Origin: an uncultured Gammaproteobacteria bacterium
GTDB taxonomy: Bacteria; Patescibacteriota; Microgenomatia; UBA12405
Assembly (NCBI GenBank): GCA_964503465.1
Contig: CAZCYZ010000001.1
Span: 405,898-469,897, forward strand
Reading direction: 5' to 3'
DNA length: 64,000 bases
Both the position numbers and the translations under genes were made by a program. Below the pieces are notes generated by a model that ran no database searches, was not told where the DNA came from, and saw nothing but the letters and a program-made list of their open reading frames with translations. Of this stretch, positions 28,827 through 39,509 are shown piece after piece; the stretch's first letter is position 1, and every line of letters starts with the position of its first letter.

Positions 28827-31703
28827 ATGTCCTACTTCAAAGATGTTCCTCAAAAACCCGATTTTCCTCAAATGGAAAAGGACATTCTTGACTGGTGGGC
28901 CGAAAACGACATCGTCAATCAATACCTTCACCGCAACGATCAGTCAACCAAAAAATTTTCCTTTCTTGATGGCCCCATCACCGCCAACAACCCAATGGGT
29001 GTCCATCACGCCTGGGGTCGCACCCTCAAGGACCTCTATCAGAGGTACAAAAATATGCAAGGATACCGTCAGCGTTTTGTCAACGGTTTTGATTGCCAGG
29101 GTCTTTGGGTTGAAGTTGAAGTCGAAAAAGAAAAGGGCTTTAAAACCAAAAAAGACATCGAAAGCTACGGTATTGATAAGTTTGTCCAGGACTGCAAAGA
29201 TCGAGTTTCCAAATACTCTCAAATACAAACAGAACAATCTAAACGCCTTGGGTATTTTATGGACTGGGACCACTCGTACTACACCATGAGTGATGAAAAC
29301 AATTTTATGATTTGGGCTTTCCTTAAAAAATGTCACCAGGAGGGAAACATCTACAAAGGTGAAGACGTTGTCCCCTGGTGTCCTCGTTGTGGGACAGCCC
29401 TTTCCCAACACGAAATTGACACTGAAGGTTATAAACAACTTACTCACGAAACTGTTTATATGCGCTTTCCAGTAATCCGCCACACAACTATCGCCAACAA
29501 CGAGTTTCTCCTTGTTTGGACCACCACTCCCTGGACTATTCCAGCTGACACCATCGTTGCCCTAAGTCCAGAAATAAAATACGCTCAAGTTGAATTCGAA
29601 GGTAAGCTATATTGGCTAGCTAAAAATTTAATCAAGTCCTGTTTCGATCGAGAACTTAAACCAATCAAGGTACTCACTGGCCAACAATTAATCGATAACG
29701 AACACATCACTTCGTACCAAGCCGCCTTTGACTACCTACCGGTTATTGAACAACTAAAGTCTTCAAGTCCCTATCACTTTCATGCCGTTACTCTCTCAAA
29801 AGATTTAGTTAACGACCAAGAGGGAACTGGAATTGTCCACATTGTCCCTGGTACAGGTAAAGAAGATTTTGATCTTGTCAAGAGTAGTTTGAGTTGGAAC
29901 GACGTCATCTTTCCAGCAGTTGATGAATCAGGTAACTATCTTGATAATTTCGGTGATCTGACAGGACTTAACGCCAAAAATCATCCAGAACTGATTGTCG
30001 AAAAACTAAAAACCATCAACAACGGCCATTATCTTTTTAAAACCAAATCATATACTCATGCCTACCCAGTCTGCTGGCGCTGCAATAGTGAACTCATTTG
30101 GCGCTTAGTTCATGAATGGTATATTTCCATGGACAACCCTCGCCCCTCCGACGGCTTAACTCTTCGCCAAAGAATGATTGAGGTGGCCAAAAAAGTTACC
30201 TGGATTCCTGAGTTTGGCGCCAAAAGAGAACTCGACTGGCTTAATAACATGCATGACTGGCTTATTAGTAAAAAACGTTATTGGGGCTTATCACTCCCTA
30301 TTTGGGAATGTTCGTGCGGTAACTTTGAAATTATCGGCTCATCCGAAGAATTACAATCTAAAGCCGTCTCTGGTTGGGATAAATTTAGCGGTCACAGCCC
30401 CCATCGACCGTGGATCGATCATGTCAAAATAAAATGTTCCAAATGCAACCAAACAATATCACGTATCCCCGATGTTGGTAACCCCTGGCTCGATGCTGGT
30501 ATAGTCTCATTTTCTACTCTTGTTGATCCGACAACTAACAAAGTTAGTTATTTAGACAACAAAAAGTACTGGCAAGAGTGGTTCCCGGCTGACTTTGTTA
30601 CCGAATGTTTTCCGGGTCAATTCAAAAACTGGTTTTACTCACTTATTGCTATGTCAACCGCTCTCGAGGACACCAACCCCTTCAAAACTCTTCTTGGCCA
30701 CGCTCTAGTCAAAGACGAAAAGGGGGAAGAAATGCACAAAAGCAAAGGCAATGCTATCTGGTTTGATGAAGGCGTCGAAAAAATTGGAGCCGATACTATG
30801 CGCTGGCTCTATTGTCGTCAAAACCCAGAGTTCAATCTTCACTTCGGTTACAATGTTGCCGACGAAGTCCGTCGCCAATTCATTCTCCTTCTTTGGAACA
30901 CACTTAAATATTTCATTACCTACGCTAATCTCAACAACTGGTCACCCACCACCCTTACCCCACCGACTGATGTTTTAGATAAATGGCTTATCTCCCGTTT
31001 GGAGTCAACCAAGAAAACAATTGAAAAGTCACTTGATACCTATCAGCACCAGTTAGCAATCACCCACATTGAAACCTTTATCAACGACTTTTCAACCTGG
31101 TACATTCGTCGCTCGCGTGATCGAGACAACACCCTCCCACTTCTTTATCACTGCCTCTTGCAGATTACTGTTCTACTTGCCCCATTTACGCCATTTTTAA
31201 GCGAAACAATATTCCATTATCTAAAACCCGACAGTTCCGCCTCCATTCACCTCGAAAATTGGCCAAGTGTTAACCAAAAACAAATTGATCAGCAACTCGA
31301 AACTCACATGACTCAAGTTCGCGATTTATGCCAGCAAATTCATGCTGCCCGTCAACAGGCCGCTATCAAAATTCGCCAACCACTTGCCTCTGCTACCATC
31401 AACATCCAGCTGGACCCAGAGTTAATCCAAATTATAGCCGAAGAAACTAATGTCAAAACTATCACTGTTAGTAAAAATGTCACCCTTGATACTACCCTTA
31501 CCAAAGAACTCATCGAAGAAGGGGAGTACCGCGACTTTATCCGCCAAATCCAAGTTATTCGTAAAGAACAAAACCTAACCTTAACCGACAAAATCAAAAT
31601 CAATGCTCCATCCTGGCCAAAAAATTACGAAGAACAAATACTTAAAAAAACACTTGCCGTTAGTATCACTGTCTCATCAGACCTAAAAATCACCAAGATC
31701 TAA
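28827..31703 (+). CDS. ileS: Isoleucine--tRNA ligase, type 2 with GVHH signature
   Basis: DGPITANNPMGVHH, WTTTPWT, GTGIVH, DWLISKKRYWG, EMHKSKGN, WYIRRSR; type-2 C-terminus without the zinc finger. Confidence 0.95.
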   Translation: MSYFKDVPQKPDFPQMEKDILDWWAENDIVNQYLHRNDQSTKKFSFLDGPITANNPMGVHHAWGRTLKDLYQRYKNMQGYRQRFVNGFDCQGLWVEVEVEKEKGFKTKKDIESYGIDKFVQDCKDRVSKYSQIQTEQSKRLGYFMDWDHSYYTMSDENNFMIWAFLKKCHQEGNIYKGEDVVPWCPRCGTALSQHEIDTEGYKQLTHETVYMRFPVIRHTTIANNEFLLVWTTTPWTIPADTIVALSPEIKYAQVEFEGKLYWLAKNLIKSCFDRELKPIKVLTGQQLIDNEHITSYQAAFDYLPVIEQLKSSSPYHFHAVTLSKDLVNDQEGTGIVHIVPGTGKEDFDLVKSSLSWNDVIFPAVDESGNYLDNFGDLTGLNAKNHPELIVEKLKTINNGHYLFKTKSYTHAYPVCWRCNSELIWRLVHEWYISMDNPRPSDGLTLRQRMIEVAKKVTWIPEFGAKRELDWLNNMHDWLISKKRYWGLSLPIWECSCGNFEIIGSSEELQSKAVSGWDKFSGHSPHRPWIDHVKIKCSKCNQTISRIPDVGNPWLDAGIVSFSTLVDPTTNKVSYLDNKKYWQEWFPADFVTECFPGQFKNWFYSLIAMSTALEDTNPFKTLLGHALVKDEKGEEMHKSKGNAIWFDEGVEKIGADTMRWLYCRQNPEFNLHFGYNVADEVRRQFILLLWNTLKYFITYANLNNWSPTTLTPPTDVLDKWLISRLESTKKTIEKSLDTYQHQLAITHIETFINDFSTWYIRRSRDRDNTLPLLYHCLLQITVLLAPFTPFLSETIFHYLKPDSSASIHLENWPSVNQKQIDQQLETHMTQVRDLCQQIHAARQQAAIKIRQPLASATINIQLDPELIQIIAEETNVKTITVSKNVTLDTTLTKELIEEGEYRDFIRQIQVIRKEQNLTLTDKIKINAPSWPKNYEEQILKKTLAVSITVSSDLKITKI

Positions 31704-31704
31704 C

Positions 31705-32682
31705 ATGTCAATTATCGTCCCACTTGTTGTTCTTGGATGTTTTAACCTCATCGTTGTATCATCTTTGAATCCCAATCTCCTTGGAAAACAAATCCTTCTT
31801 TGGATTCTGGGACTGATTTCATTTTGGTTTGGTCATCACCTCAACTCTAATATCCACTCCAAAACTCAGTGGCTATTGTTCTTCTTGTCATGTTTCGTAC
31901 TCATAATTCCTCTAGTTTTTAGCCCTATCACCCGTGGGTCTAAACGATGGCTCAATCTAGGAGTTACTCGAATCCAACCATCAGAAATAGTTAAACCAAC
32001 CTTAATGTTGTTCCTTGCTAATACCTCCCTACCATTACTGCACCTTCTCCCTATATTTTTAGTCGGTCTCCAACCAGATCTAGGCAGTGCCATCACTCTT
32101 CTCTCACTTCTCATCCCCGTTATTATCCTCAACACTAAACTGTTAAAAACCACTATTGTAGCCATTGCCGCCGCAGCTATCCTTTCACCTTTTATTTGGA
32201 AATACACCCTCCACGATTATCAAAGAAATCGATTAATTACTTTTGTTAATCCAGCCCAAGATCCACTAGGAAAAGGTTACCACACAATCCAGTCCAAAAT
32301 AGCCATTGGATCAGCTGGTTTTTTTGGTAAAGGTTACAAAAAAGGTAGCCAAGGCCAACTTCTTTTTCTCCCGGAAAAACATACTGATTTTATTTTCGCT
32401 GCCACCATTGAAGAACTGGGACTATTAAGTGGTATTATCATCATCCTCGCCTACTATACCCTTATCAAAGGCCTAATCCTCAAAGCTTCAACCTCGAACA
32501 GTCAACCTCAAGCCATTTTCACCCTAGGGATAGGCCTCCTCATCTGGACACAAGTTTTTGTTAATATAGGCATGAATATTGGTCTTCTCCCAATTACCGG
32601 TATACCGCTTCCGTTTCTTTCAGTGGGAGGATCTTCACTTGTCTCCCTAATGTTTTCTCTGGGAATAGTCTTTTCTTCATGA
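31705..32682 (+). CDS. rodA: SEDS protein RodA
   Basis: GSKRW, QPSE, DYQRNRL..DPLGKGY..QSKIAIGS, LPEKHTDF. Confidence 0.9.
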   Translation: MSIIVPLVVLGCFNLIVVSSLNPNLLGKQILLWILGLISFWFGHHLNSNIHSKTQWLLFFLSCFVLIIPLVFSPITRGSKRWLNLGVTRIQPSEIVKPTLMLFLANTSLPLLHLLPIFLVGLQPDLGSAITLLSLLIPVIILNTKLLKTTIVAIAAAAILSPFIWKYTLHDYQRNRLITFVNPAQDPLGKGYHTIQSKIAIGSAGFFGKGYKKGSQGQLLFLPEKHTDFIFAATIEELGLLSGIIIILAYYTLIKGLILKASTSNSQPQAIFTLGIGLLIWTQVFVNIGMNIGLLPITGIPLPFLSVGGSSLVSLMFSLGIVFSS

Positions 32683-32714
32683 CAGCCATCCCTTCTGTGA
32701 TATAATCACCAGGT

Positions 32715-33029
32715 ATGAAATATGCAGTCATCGACGTCTCTGGTCGTCAACACCAAGTCCAAGAAAATAGCATCATCACCGTTGACCACATTGACGGTAA
32801 AGTCGGTGATAAGTATACCATCGATAATGTTCTGCTCGTAGTTGATGACGACAACATAAAAATCGGTACTCCAACTCTTGGTACATCATCAGTCGAAAGC
32901 CAAATAATCAAAACCTATCAAGGTGCTAAGCTTCGCGTTTTCAAGTACAAGGCCAAGTCAAGATACCATAAAACTCAGGGGTTTCGCCCTCAGCTCACTG
33001 ACATCAAAATTATCAAAATCAACCCATAA
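32715..33029 (+). CDS. rplU: 50S ribosomal protein L21
   Basis: MKYAVI..GRQHQV, IGTP, FKYKAKSRY..QGFR. Confidence 0.95.
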   Translation: MKYAVIDVSGRQHQVQENSIITVDHIDGKVGDKYTIDNVLLVVDDDNIKIGTPTLGTSSVESQIIKTYQGAKLRVFKYKAKSRYHKTQGFRPQLTDIKIIKINP

Positions 33030-33036
33030 CTGAACC

Positions 33037-33288
33037 ATGGCACACACTAAAGCTCAAGGAAAAACTAACCAAAAATCCAACCGTCCCGGTCAAAGGCGTG
33101 GAGTTAAACTCTTTGGTGGACAAAAAGCTCAAAATGGTAACATTATTGTCCGCCAAGTTGGATCAAAGTTTCATCCAGGCGAAGGTACCAAAATTGGTCG
33201 AGATTTTACCATCTACGCCATTAGGTCAGGAATCGTTAGATTCGTCAAACGTCTTAATAAACAGTTAGTCGCAGTGGTCAAACCGTAA
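33037..33288 (+). CDS. rpmA: 50S ribosomal protein L27
   Basis: MAHTKA, RGVK, GNIIVRQ.G.KFHPG, GRDFTIYA. Confidence 0.95.
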   Translation: MAHTKAQGKTNQKSNRPGQRRGVKLFGGQKAQNGNIIVRQVGSKFHPGEGTKIGRDFTIYAIRSGIVRFVKRLNKQLVAVVKP

Positions 33289-33359
33289 TACCTAATTGAT
33301 TCGATTCGAACCAGTTCATCTCACTTTTTTCACATGCTCTTTCATAGTAATCTGAATAG

Positions 33360-34229
33360 ATGAAACAGGTTGACCAAATCCCAACCAATCAACTCGAACC
33401 CAATCCTCTTCAGCCCCGTGGTGTTATCAGCTCGGACTCAATCTCTGAACTCATCAGTTCCATTCAGGAACACGGCATTCTAGAACCTCTTATTGTCGCC
33501 AAGACCCCAGCTGGATATCAAATCATTGCTGGAGAACGTCGTTGGCGGGCCGCTAGACTGCTCAAATTAACCCACGTCCCAGCCATTGTCAAAGAAGTCA
33601 CCCCCCAACAAATGTTGGAAATGGCCATCGTTGAAAATGTTCAAAGGAAAGATCTCAATCCAATCGAAAGAGCCAAAGCTTTTCTTCGCCTTAAAGAGGA
33701 ATTTAATCTAGACCACAACCAGATAGCCAAACGAGTCAGTAAAAGTACTCCGTATGTCATTAACGTTCTCAAATTACTAACTCTTCCCGATGCTCTAAAA
33801 GATGGTCTATTATCTGGACTGATTACTGAAGGTCACGCCCGAGCTCTTGCTGGAATCAACGACACCCGCCTAATGATTGAAGCCTACAAAATCGTCCTCA
33901 AGGAGAAGGCTTCCGTCCGACGTGCCGAGGAAATAGCCAGAAGAATGAGAAAAAAAATAGAAGAGGGGACTGTTCCCATTACCAAAGAAAATCTACCACT
34001 CTTTCTCAAGTCCAAACTCGATAACATTAGCAATGATCTTGAGTCAGTTTTTGACAACAAAACTACCAAAGTTAGAATCTCCCAAACAAATGTTGTCACC
34101 CGAATCGTCTTTCAATTCCGAGGTCCAATTCAAGACCGCTTCAACGGACTCCAACAACTCTACCAACAACTTTGCCACAAAGAGATCAAATCAGAATCTG
34201 ATTTTCGGAACCAACCCAATCGACGATAG
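33360..34229 (+). CDS. parB: ParB/Spo0J partition protein
   Basis: PNPLQPR, IIAGERRWRAA, ENVQRKDLNPIE, HTH, EGHARAL. Confidence 0.9.
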   Translation: MKQVDQIPTNQLEPNPLQPRGVISSDSISELISSIQEHGILEPLIVAKTPAGYQIIAGERRWRAARLLKLTHVPAIVKEVTPQQMLEMAIVENVQRKDLNPIERAKAFLRLKEEFNLDHNQIAKRVSKSTPYVINVLKLLTLPDALKDGLLSGLITEGHARALAGINDTRLMIEAYKIVLKEKASVRRAEEIARRMRKKIEEGTVPITKENLPLFLKSKLDNISNDLESVFDNKTTKVRISQTNVVTRIVFQFRGPIQDRFNGLQQLYQQLCHKEIKSESDFRNQPNRR

Positions 34230-34778
34230 CGGCCAGTAAATAAAAAAGGCTCTACCAACAATTCTATCCTTACCAATCGGACCAAAAGCTCTCCCATCAC
34301 GAGAATGTGACCGGTTATCCCCTAAGCACAAGTACTCATCAGCCGGAACGACTCTCTCCACTCCCTCTTGCAAATATGAATCTGGCTCAGTTACAAAGTC
34401 CGCCGGTAAAAAAGTTTCATTCAGTAATTCCCCATTAAGATACACCCTATTTCCCTTAACCATCACACGATCCCCAGGAACACCAATTATCCTTTTAATA
34501 TATTCACACTCATCCTCGGCGCACGGCTCAGTACTTGGAGCCTTAAAAACCACCACATCACCTCTCTGTGGCTTATTCAATTGATATGAAAGTTTATCCG
34601 TCAACAAATACTGACCATTTTCAAAGTTTGGTAGCATCGAATTGCCTTTAACCTCATTAGGTTGGGCCACAAACAGGTATAGCAGCACAAATACCGACAA
34701 CGCCAACACTATTGACTGAACAAACTCTAGAACAAAATTACCAATTGATCCTCTTTGGTTGATGTTATTACTTCTCAT
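34191..34778 (-). CDS. lepB: Signal peptidase I
   Basis: GNSMLPN, RGDVVVF, YIKRIIG.PGD, LGDNRSHSRDGRAFG. Start is 34778 or 34808. Confidence 0.92.
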   Translation of the reverse strand: MRSNNINQRGSIGNFVLEFVQSIVLALSVFVLLYLFVAQPNEVKGNSMLPNFENGQYLLTDKLSYQLNKPQRGDVVVFKAPSTEPCAEDECEYIKRIIGVPGDRVMVKGNRVYLNGELLNETFLPADFVTEPDSYLQEGVERVVPADEYLCLGDNRSHSRDGRAFGPIGKDRIVGRAFFIYWPLSSIGLVPKIRF

Positions 34779-34812
34779 AGATTCCAGTGTAGCATATAAT
34801 CTTATCATCAGA

Positions 34813-34884
34813 GGTCGCTTGGCTCAGTGGTAGAGCGTTCCGTTCACATCGGAAAGGTCAGAGGTCCGATCCCTCTAGCGACCA
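34813..34884 (+). tRNA. tRNA-Val(CAC)
   Basis: Cloverleaf GGTCGCT...TTCCG TT CAC AT CGGAA...AGAGG TCCGATC CCTCT AGCGACC A. Confidence 0.92.
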
Positions 34885-34886
34885 CT

Positions 34887-35462
34887 ATGTATATCAAATC
34901 GGCTATACTTATAATCCTTAGTTTTACCCTAACTCTCTGTCTACTCGTTAAGCCAGATGTCAGGATTGCTTATTTTGACAATCAAACTATCATCGCACCT
35001 CCAGCAGTTTCTTCTCCGATATTAGGTGACACTACCAATCCCAGCTCCACCAAAAGAATTGAGGTTAATTTAACCGAACAAAAAGTTTATGCTTATGAAA
35101 ACAATCAGCTAATCTACAGTTTTCTTATTTCCTCAGGAAAGTGGGGGAGGACTCATCCAGGTACCTATCAAATTTGGTCAAAAGTTCGTTCTCAAAAAAT
35201 GTCTGGAGGATCAAGGGAAAATGGTACCTATTATTATCTTCCTAATGTTCCGTATATTATGTTTTTCTACAATTCCCAACATCCAAAATCAATGGGGTAC
35301 AGTTTTCATGGTACCTATTGGCACAATAACTTTGGTTATCCCATGTCTCACGGCTGCGTCAACATGAAAACACCAGAGGCCGGTCTTTTGTATCAATGGG
35401 CTGAAATCGGAACCCCAATCACCATCTATGGTAAATTCCAATACCCCCAAGCCTCAAGATAA
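34887..35462 (+). CDS. L,D-transpeptidase (YkuD family)
   Basis: IEVNLTEQ, SSGK, FHGTYWH..SHGCVN. The real start lies just after tRNA-Val. Confidence 0.9.
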   Translation: MYIKSAILIILSFTLTLCLLVKPDVRIAYFDNQTIIAPPAVSSPILGDTTNPSSTKRIEVNLTEQKVYAYENNQLIYSFLISSGKWGRTHPGTYQIWSKVRSQKMSGGSRENGTYYYLPNVPYIMFFYNSQHPKSMGYSFHGTYWHNNFGYPMSHGCVNMKTPEAGLLYQWAEIGTPITIYGKFQYPQASR

Positions 35463-35463
35463 A

Positions 35464-37824
35464 CTACCAAATCTGAAGATACAATCTTGACACCAATACT
35501 TCATCAGCCGCCACCCCACCATATTCACCCAAAACCTTTTTAATTCCTGCTTCTTTCACCAACCTTCCTAGATAATCATAATTAAGCGACCCAAACTGAC
35601 TTGGGACCATTCTCCGCCTAACGTTTACTTTAGTAGTGTAATCAACCAGATCTCTTATCCTTATCATCCTAGTCACCAAGTTATTCGCCACTGTCAAATC
35701 CGTGTTCCTTCTGTTTATTGCCAATATGGACTTTAGAACCTCAAGCATTCTTTCGCTTACTACCGACTCTTTTCTTGCTTTTCTAAAGGCAAATATTCTA
35801 TCGACCACCCCAGTATCATTCCTACCAACAACCGCCGCCAATATTCCAACCAAGTTAATATCCCCAGGGTAACTTCTCAATAAATAGTTACTATCTCTGG
35901 TTATCAAACCATATAAATAGTCAAGGTTCTCCTCATCCATTGTCAGGTCAGTCTTTTGCCCGCTAATTACCAAGGTCTTAGTGATTCCAACGCCAATGTC
36001 ATCCTCAAAATATTTCCAACTATTTTCATCACCCGTGTTCCCTAATACCAAATGATAAATTCCATCGTTAGTTCCCACAATTACAACTCGACATCGTGCA
36101 TAATCTTGGTTTTTTATAACCACAAAACCCAAATTATCACTAACCTCATCCTCATCACCGCAACTTACCTTCATCGTTGCCGGTGATCCCAAATAAAATA
36201 CCAAGTGATCGTTAAAACCACTATCAAAGTTACCGCTTACCCCAGTCCCCAAACCTAATTCACTAAAAACACCGGGAATAGAACGGTCAACAATCGAACC
36301 ATGATCAGAATTCAACTCGCTAAAACCCCCAATGTCATTCAAAAAAACTGCACTCTTTTTTAATACCGTTCCATCGCCATCCCCATACTCGTAGGAGATC
36401 GGCCGTCCATCGGGCCACCAGCCCAACACTTGATCAAAGATGTTCCTCTCTCCCAAAACTGTCCATTCCGCAGTATCTCTACCAACCCCTGAAACCGCTC
36501 TAAAATTTTCAAAAATTGATGAAGCCATTAAATTCTTGACCATTAAATAATCATTTTTTTGACTCATACTCGCCAAATTCAAGACAGCCCCATTCTTTTT
36601 CGCGAATTCAAAAACTGGAAGAATATCCTTCATTACCGGCACCAAGTTTCTAATCACCTCCAACCTATTGGAGAAACCACCTTTTTGCAATTGAACCAAA
36701 ACATTTAGAGCAATTGGCCCAACGCCAGCTCCATCCAAGATCTTGGCTCCATTCCAGATATCATAAGCCCTAACAACTCCGTAATGAGGACTACCCAAAC
36801 TTACAACCTTCCCCAATCTAGTATCAGACATATTATCTTGACTCCACACTCTTGCCACCAACCCACCCAAACTATGTCCCACCAAATCAACCTTCTCTTC
36901 ATCATTAACTTTAGCATTAACAAAATCATCCAACTTAGTTACTATTTCCGATACCGGCCGCCGCCAATCATAATTCCACACCCAAAAATCTCGACCTCTA
37001 ACCAAACCTTTATCCTCAAATGCCGCAATTAACGAATCATAGTTGTGAACAAAAGGTGTCATTCTCCACTGGTCATCCCCAACCATCCCGTTATACACCA
37101 ATGCCTCCGTGTTCCAGCTCGCCCCAAGACCAGGAATTACAATAATTTTATTATGTACACTCGAATCACCTGATGCAATTATAAAATTGTCATACCTGTT
37201 CACAACATTACTATAGAAGTAGTCACCCGCATAATTATTAATCCCCACACCACCCGACCCAATTGCTGAATCGGAGTCATCATTCACATCAACAACCAGA
37301 GAGTTATTTACATATACCTTTATGTTTAAGGCCTTGACCTCAATTCTCAGTTGATACCAAATGTTCTGGACAAACACATAAGGGACATCGGGTAGCACTA
37401 AAGCATAATTACCACCGTTAAATCTCCACAATCTTAGACTATTTCCATCCCGTGGCCAAAGTGGGTCTCCATACCGCAATTCCAATTGATAAAACTTACT
37501 CCTATCAGAAGCAACACGAAACAAAAAATGCTGGTCCACTCCGGAAGTGTTCATTACATTCGCACTCACAACATAATCTTGTAAATCATCAGTGCCTTTC
37601 GCAAATAAATACGAATAGCTACGCCTGTTAACTTCAGTAACAAGATTACCCTCATCCAATCTCCATGTGTCCACTCCATTGTTCTGACCACTCACATATT
37701 CCCACTTGGCCAAATCACCTTCAAAATTATCTGTAAAATATACTGTGGCTAAAATTGATTGAGGGGAAAGGCAGGCGCCAATCAACAACACCAAAAACAA
37801 TACAGCACGCCCAAAACGCACCAC
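35464..37824 (-). CDS. Secreted multidomain protein: lectin/DUF1080-like beta-sandwich plus PGAP1/LCAT-like alpha/beta hydrolase
   Basis: Signal peptide; FTDNFE...WY.LRIEV..IKVYVN...GGVGI; IIVIPGLGAS, YDWR, GHSLGG, GSPH.G, GDGTV. Confidence 0.7.
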   Translation of the reverse strand: MVRFGRAVLFLVLLIGACLSPQSILATVYFTDNFEGDLAKWEYVSGQNNGVDTWRLDEGNLVTEVNRRSYSYLFAKGTDDLQDYVVSANVMNTSGVDQHFLFRVASDRSKFYQLELRYGDPLWPRDGNSLRLWRFNGGNYALVLPDVPYVFVQNIWYQLRIEVKALNIKVYVNNSLVVDVNDDSDSAIGSGGVGINNYAGDYFYSNVVNRYDNFIIASGDSSVHNKIIVIPGLGASWNTEALVYNGMVGDDQWRMTPFVHNYDSLIAAFEDKGLVRGRDFWVWNYDWRRPVSEIVTKLDDFVNAKVNDEEKVDLVGHSLGGLVARVWSQDNMSDTRLGKVVSLGSPHYGVVRAYDIWNGAKILDGAGVGPIALNVLVQLQKGGFSNRLEVIRNLVPVMKDILPVFEFAKKNGAVLNLASMSQKNDYLMVKNLMASSIFENFRAVSGVGRDTAEWTVLGERNIFDQVLGWWPDGRPISYEYGDGDGTVLKKSAVFLNDIGGFSELNSDHGSIVDRSIPGVFSELGLGTGVSGNFDSGFNDHLVFYLGSPATMKVSCGDEDEVSDNLGFVVIKNQDYARCRVVIVGTNDGIYHLVLGNTGDENSWKYFEDDIGVGITKTLVISGQKTDLTMDEENLDYLYGLITRDSNYLLRSYPGDINLVGILAAVVGRNDTGVVDRIFAFRKARKESVVSERMLEVLKSILAINRRNTDLTVANNLVTRMIRIRDLVDYTTKVNVRRRMVPSQFGSLNYDYLGRLVKEAGIKKVLGEYGGVAADEVLVSRLYLQIW

Positions 37825-37855
37825 TAATTAAGAGAATATATTCTCTCTAATAAAT

Positions 37856-38743
37856 ATGTCAAGTAACAAAATCACAGTAATTATCGTTAATTACAACTCA
37901 ACTCAATACCTAGTCCAATTATTAAAGTCACTTGCACTAATAAACTCGATCATCAAAACAATAATAATCATCGATAATAATTCACCTGATTTCAATTCAA
38001 CATCAATTAACAAAGTACCGGGATACAACAAAACCAAATTAATAATCAACAATGTCAACCGAGGATTTTCGTATGCAGTTAATCAGGGCATAACGGCATC
38101 AACCACCAACTTCATACTTTTACTTAACCCTGATACTGTTGTAATAGACACGTCAATAAAAACATTACTCGAAAAAATTACGAATGATTCAAAAATCGGA
38201 GTAATCGGCGGAACAATAGAGTCAATGTCGCAAAGAAATATACAGTTCACTGCCAACACACGACCAACCTTTCTTACTGCCCTGTTTGAATTTACAAATT
38301 TCAAAAAAATATTCCCGAATAATCCGTTCAGCATACATTTCTGGATTGAAAAAAAACTAAATCACAGCTATCAACAAAAAACACTGGATGTTGACGGTTT
38401 ATGTGGGGCATTTATGCTTTTTCGGAGAAACTCTCCATCCACCAATCTAAATTTATTCGATGAAAACTTCTTTCTATACCTGGAAGATTTAGATTTCTGT
38501 CTCACAATGAAGAACAAGGGGTTTTTAATCGTATATGACCCATCATCTAGGATAAAACACAAGGGTGGTGCAAGTAGCAATAGTAAATACAACATTGTAC
38601 TCAAACATTGGTACCAATCAAGAAAATACTTCTTTTTAAAACACTTAAATTTTATTCAGGGTATAATTCTCTGGATAATCTTTTCTATGGAAGAATTTAC
38701 ACTTTCTCTTTATCATCACATTCGTCATGAACCAGCAGAATAA
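37856..38743 (+). CDS. Glycosyltransferase family 2
   Basis: IIVNYN, IDNNS, NRGFSYAVNQG, LLNPD, FDENFFLYLEDLD. Confidence 0.85.
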   Translation: MSSNKITVIIVNYNSTQYLVQLLKSLALINSIIKTIIIIDNNSPDFNSTSINKVPGYNKTKLIINNVNRGFSYAVNQGITASTTNFILLLNPDTVVIDTSIKTLLEKITNDSKIGVIGGTIESMSQRNIQFTANTRPTFLTALFEFTNFKKIFPNNPFSIHFWIEKKLNHSYQQKTLDVDGLCGAFMLFRRNSPSTNLNLFDENFFLYLEDLDFCLTMKNKGFLIVYDPSSRIKHKGGASSNSKYNIVLKHWYQSRKYFFLKHLNFIQGIILWIIFSMEEFTLSLYHHIRHEPAE

Positions 38744-39509
38744 TCAAAACCACATCTCTCTTCTACTTCTTACCCACAACAACGATAAAGAATTATCTAA
38801 AAACTTCAAATGGTTAAATCAATGTCCCGCCATTGACGAAATTATTGTTATCGACGACAACTCAACCGACAACACAATTAAAACAATTAAATCCTTTGCG
38901 TTTAAAAACATTAGACAAGTAAAATATTGGAGTAGGGGATTGGCCAATAACTTTGCCGCTCAACGCCAGTATGGTCTTCAGCACACCACTAATGATTGGG
39001 TTCTTTGGCTTGACCCAGACGAACAGCCAAATAAAAAAACTATTGACTTTATCAATCAGTTCGATGTACATCAATATAATTATTCCTTTAGGCGACTAGA
39101 ATACTTTCTCCACCACCCACTTCGTCACGGTGAAACAACCTCACTTCGATTTATCAGGCTGTTTAATAAAAGATTTGGAAAATTCAGTGGACGTGTTCAC
39201 GAGTTTTGGGACAGCTCAAAACCAATCACTCATACGAGCTACTCCATCGAGCATCACTCCAACACCACTCTGGTTAACTTCTACGAAAAAATCAATCTAT
39301 ACAGTTCAATCCGTGCTCAAGAATTATTTGACAACAAGGTTAAAACTAATCTTTTTCAAATCATCTTTTTTCCAGTAGGAAAATTCTTGCTCAACTACAT
39401 TCTTCGATTGGGCTTTCTTGATTCCACCCCAGGTATTATTTTCGCCCTGGGAATGAGCTTCCACTCATTTCTGGTTCGAGCCAAACTATGGCATCTTTGG
39501 CAAGAATAG
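38727..39509 (+). CDS. Glycosyltransferase family 2 (LgtF/KdtX-like)
   Basis: IDDNSTDNT, FAAQRQ, WLDPDE, RLF..VHE, GFLD..G. Confidence 0.85.
   Translation: MNQQNNQNHISLLLLTHNNDKELSKNFKWLNQCPAIDEIIVIDDNSTDNTIKTIKSFAFKNIRQVKYWSRGLANNFAAQRQYGLQHTTNDWVLWLDPDEQPNKKTIDFINQFDVHQYNYSFRRLEYFLHHPLRHGETTSLRFIRLFNKRFGKFSGRVHEFWDSSKPITHTSYSIEHHSNTTLVNFYEKINLYSSIRAQELFDNKVKTNLFQIIFFPVGKFLLNYILRLGFLDSTPGIIFALGMSFHSFLVRAKLWHLWQE

Noticed and set aside
28501-29483. Alternative-frame and antisense ORFs around ftsZ/ileS, and the many similar 60-180 aa nested ORFs across the window
   Set aside because: They overlap well-supported genes, show no motifs, and are expected from the skewed composition.
33289-33359. 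parS site near the orphan parB
   Set aside because: No match to the TGTTTCACGTGAAACA-type palindrome is visible.
34827-34886. ORF-track N-terminal extension of the L,D-transpeptidase
   Set aside because: It runs through tRNA-Val; the true start is ATG 34887.
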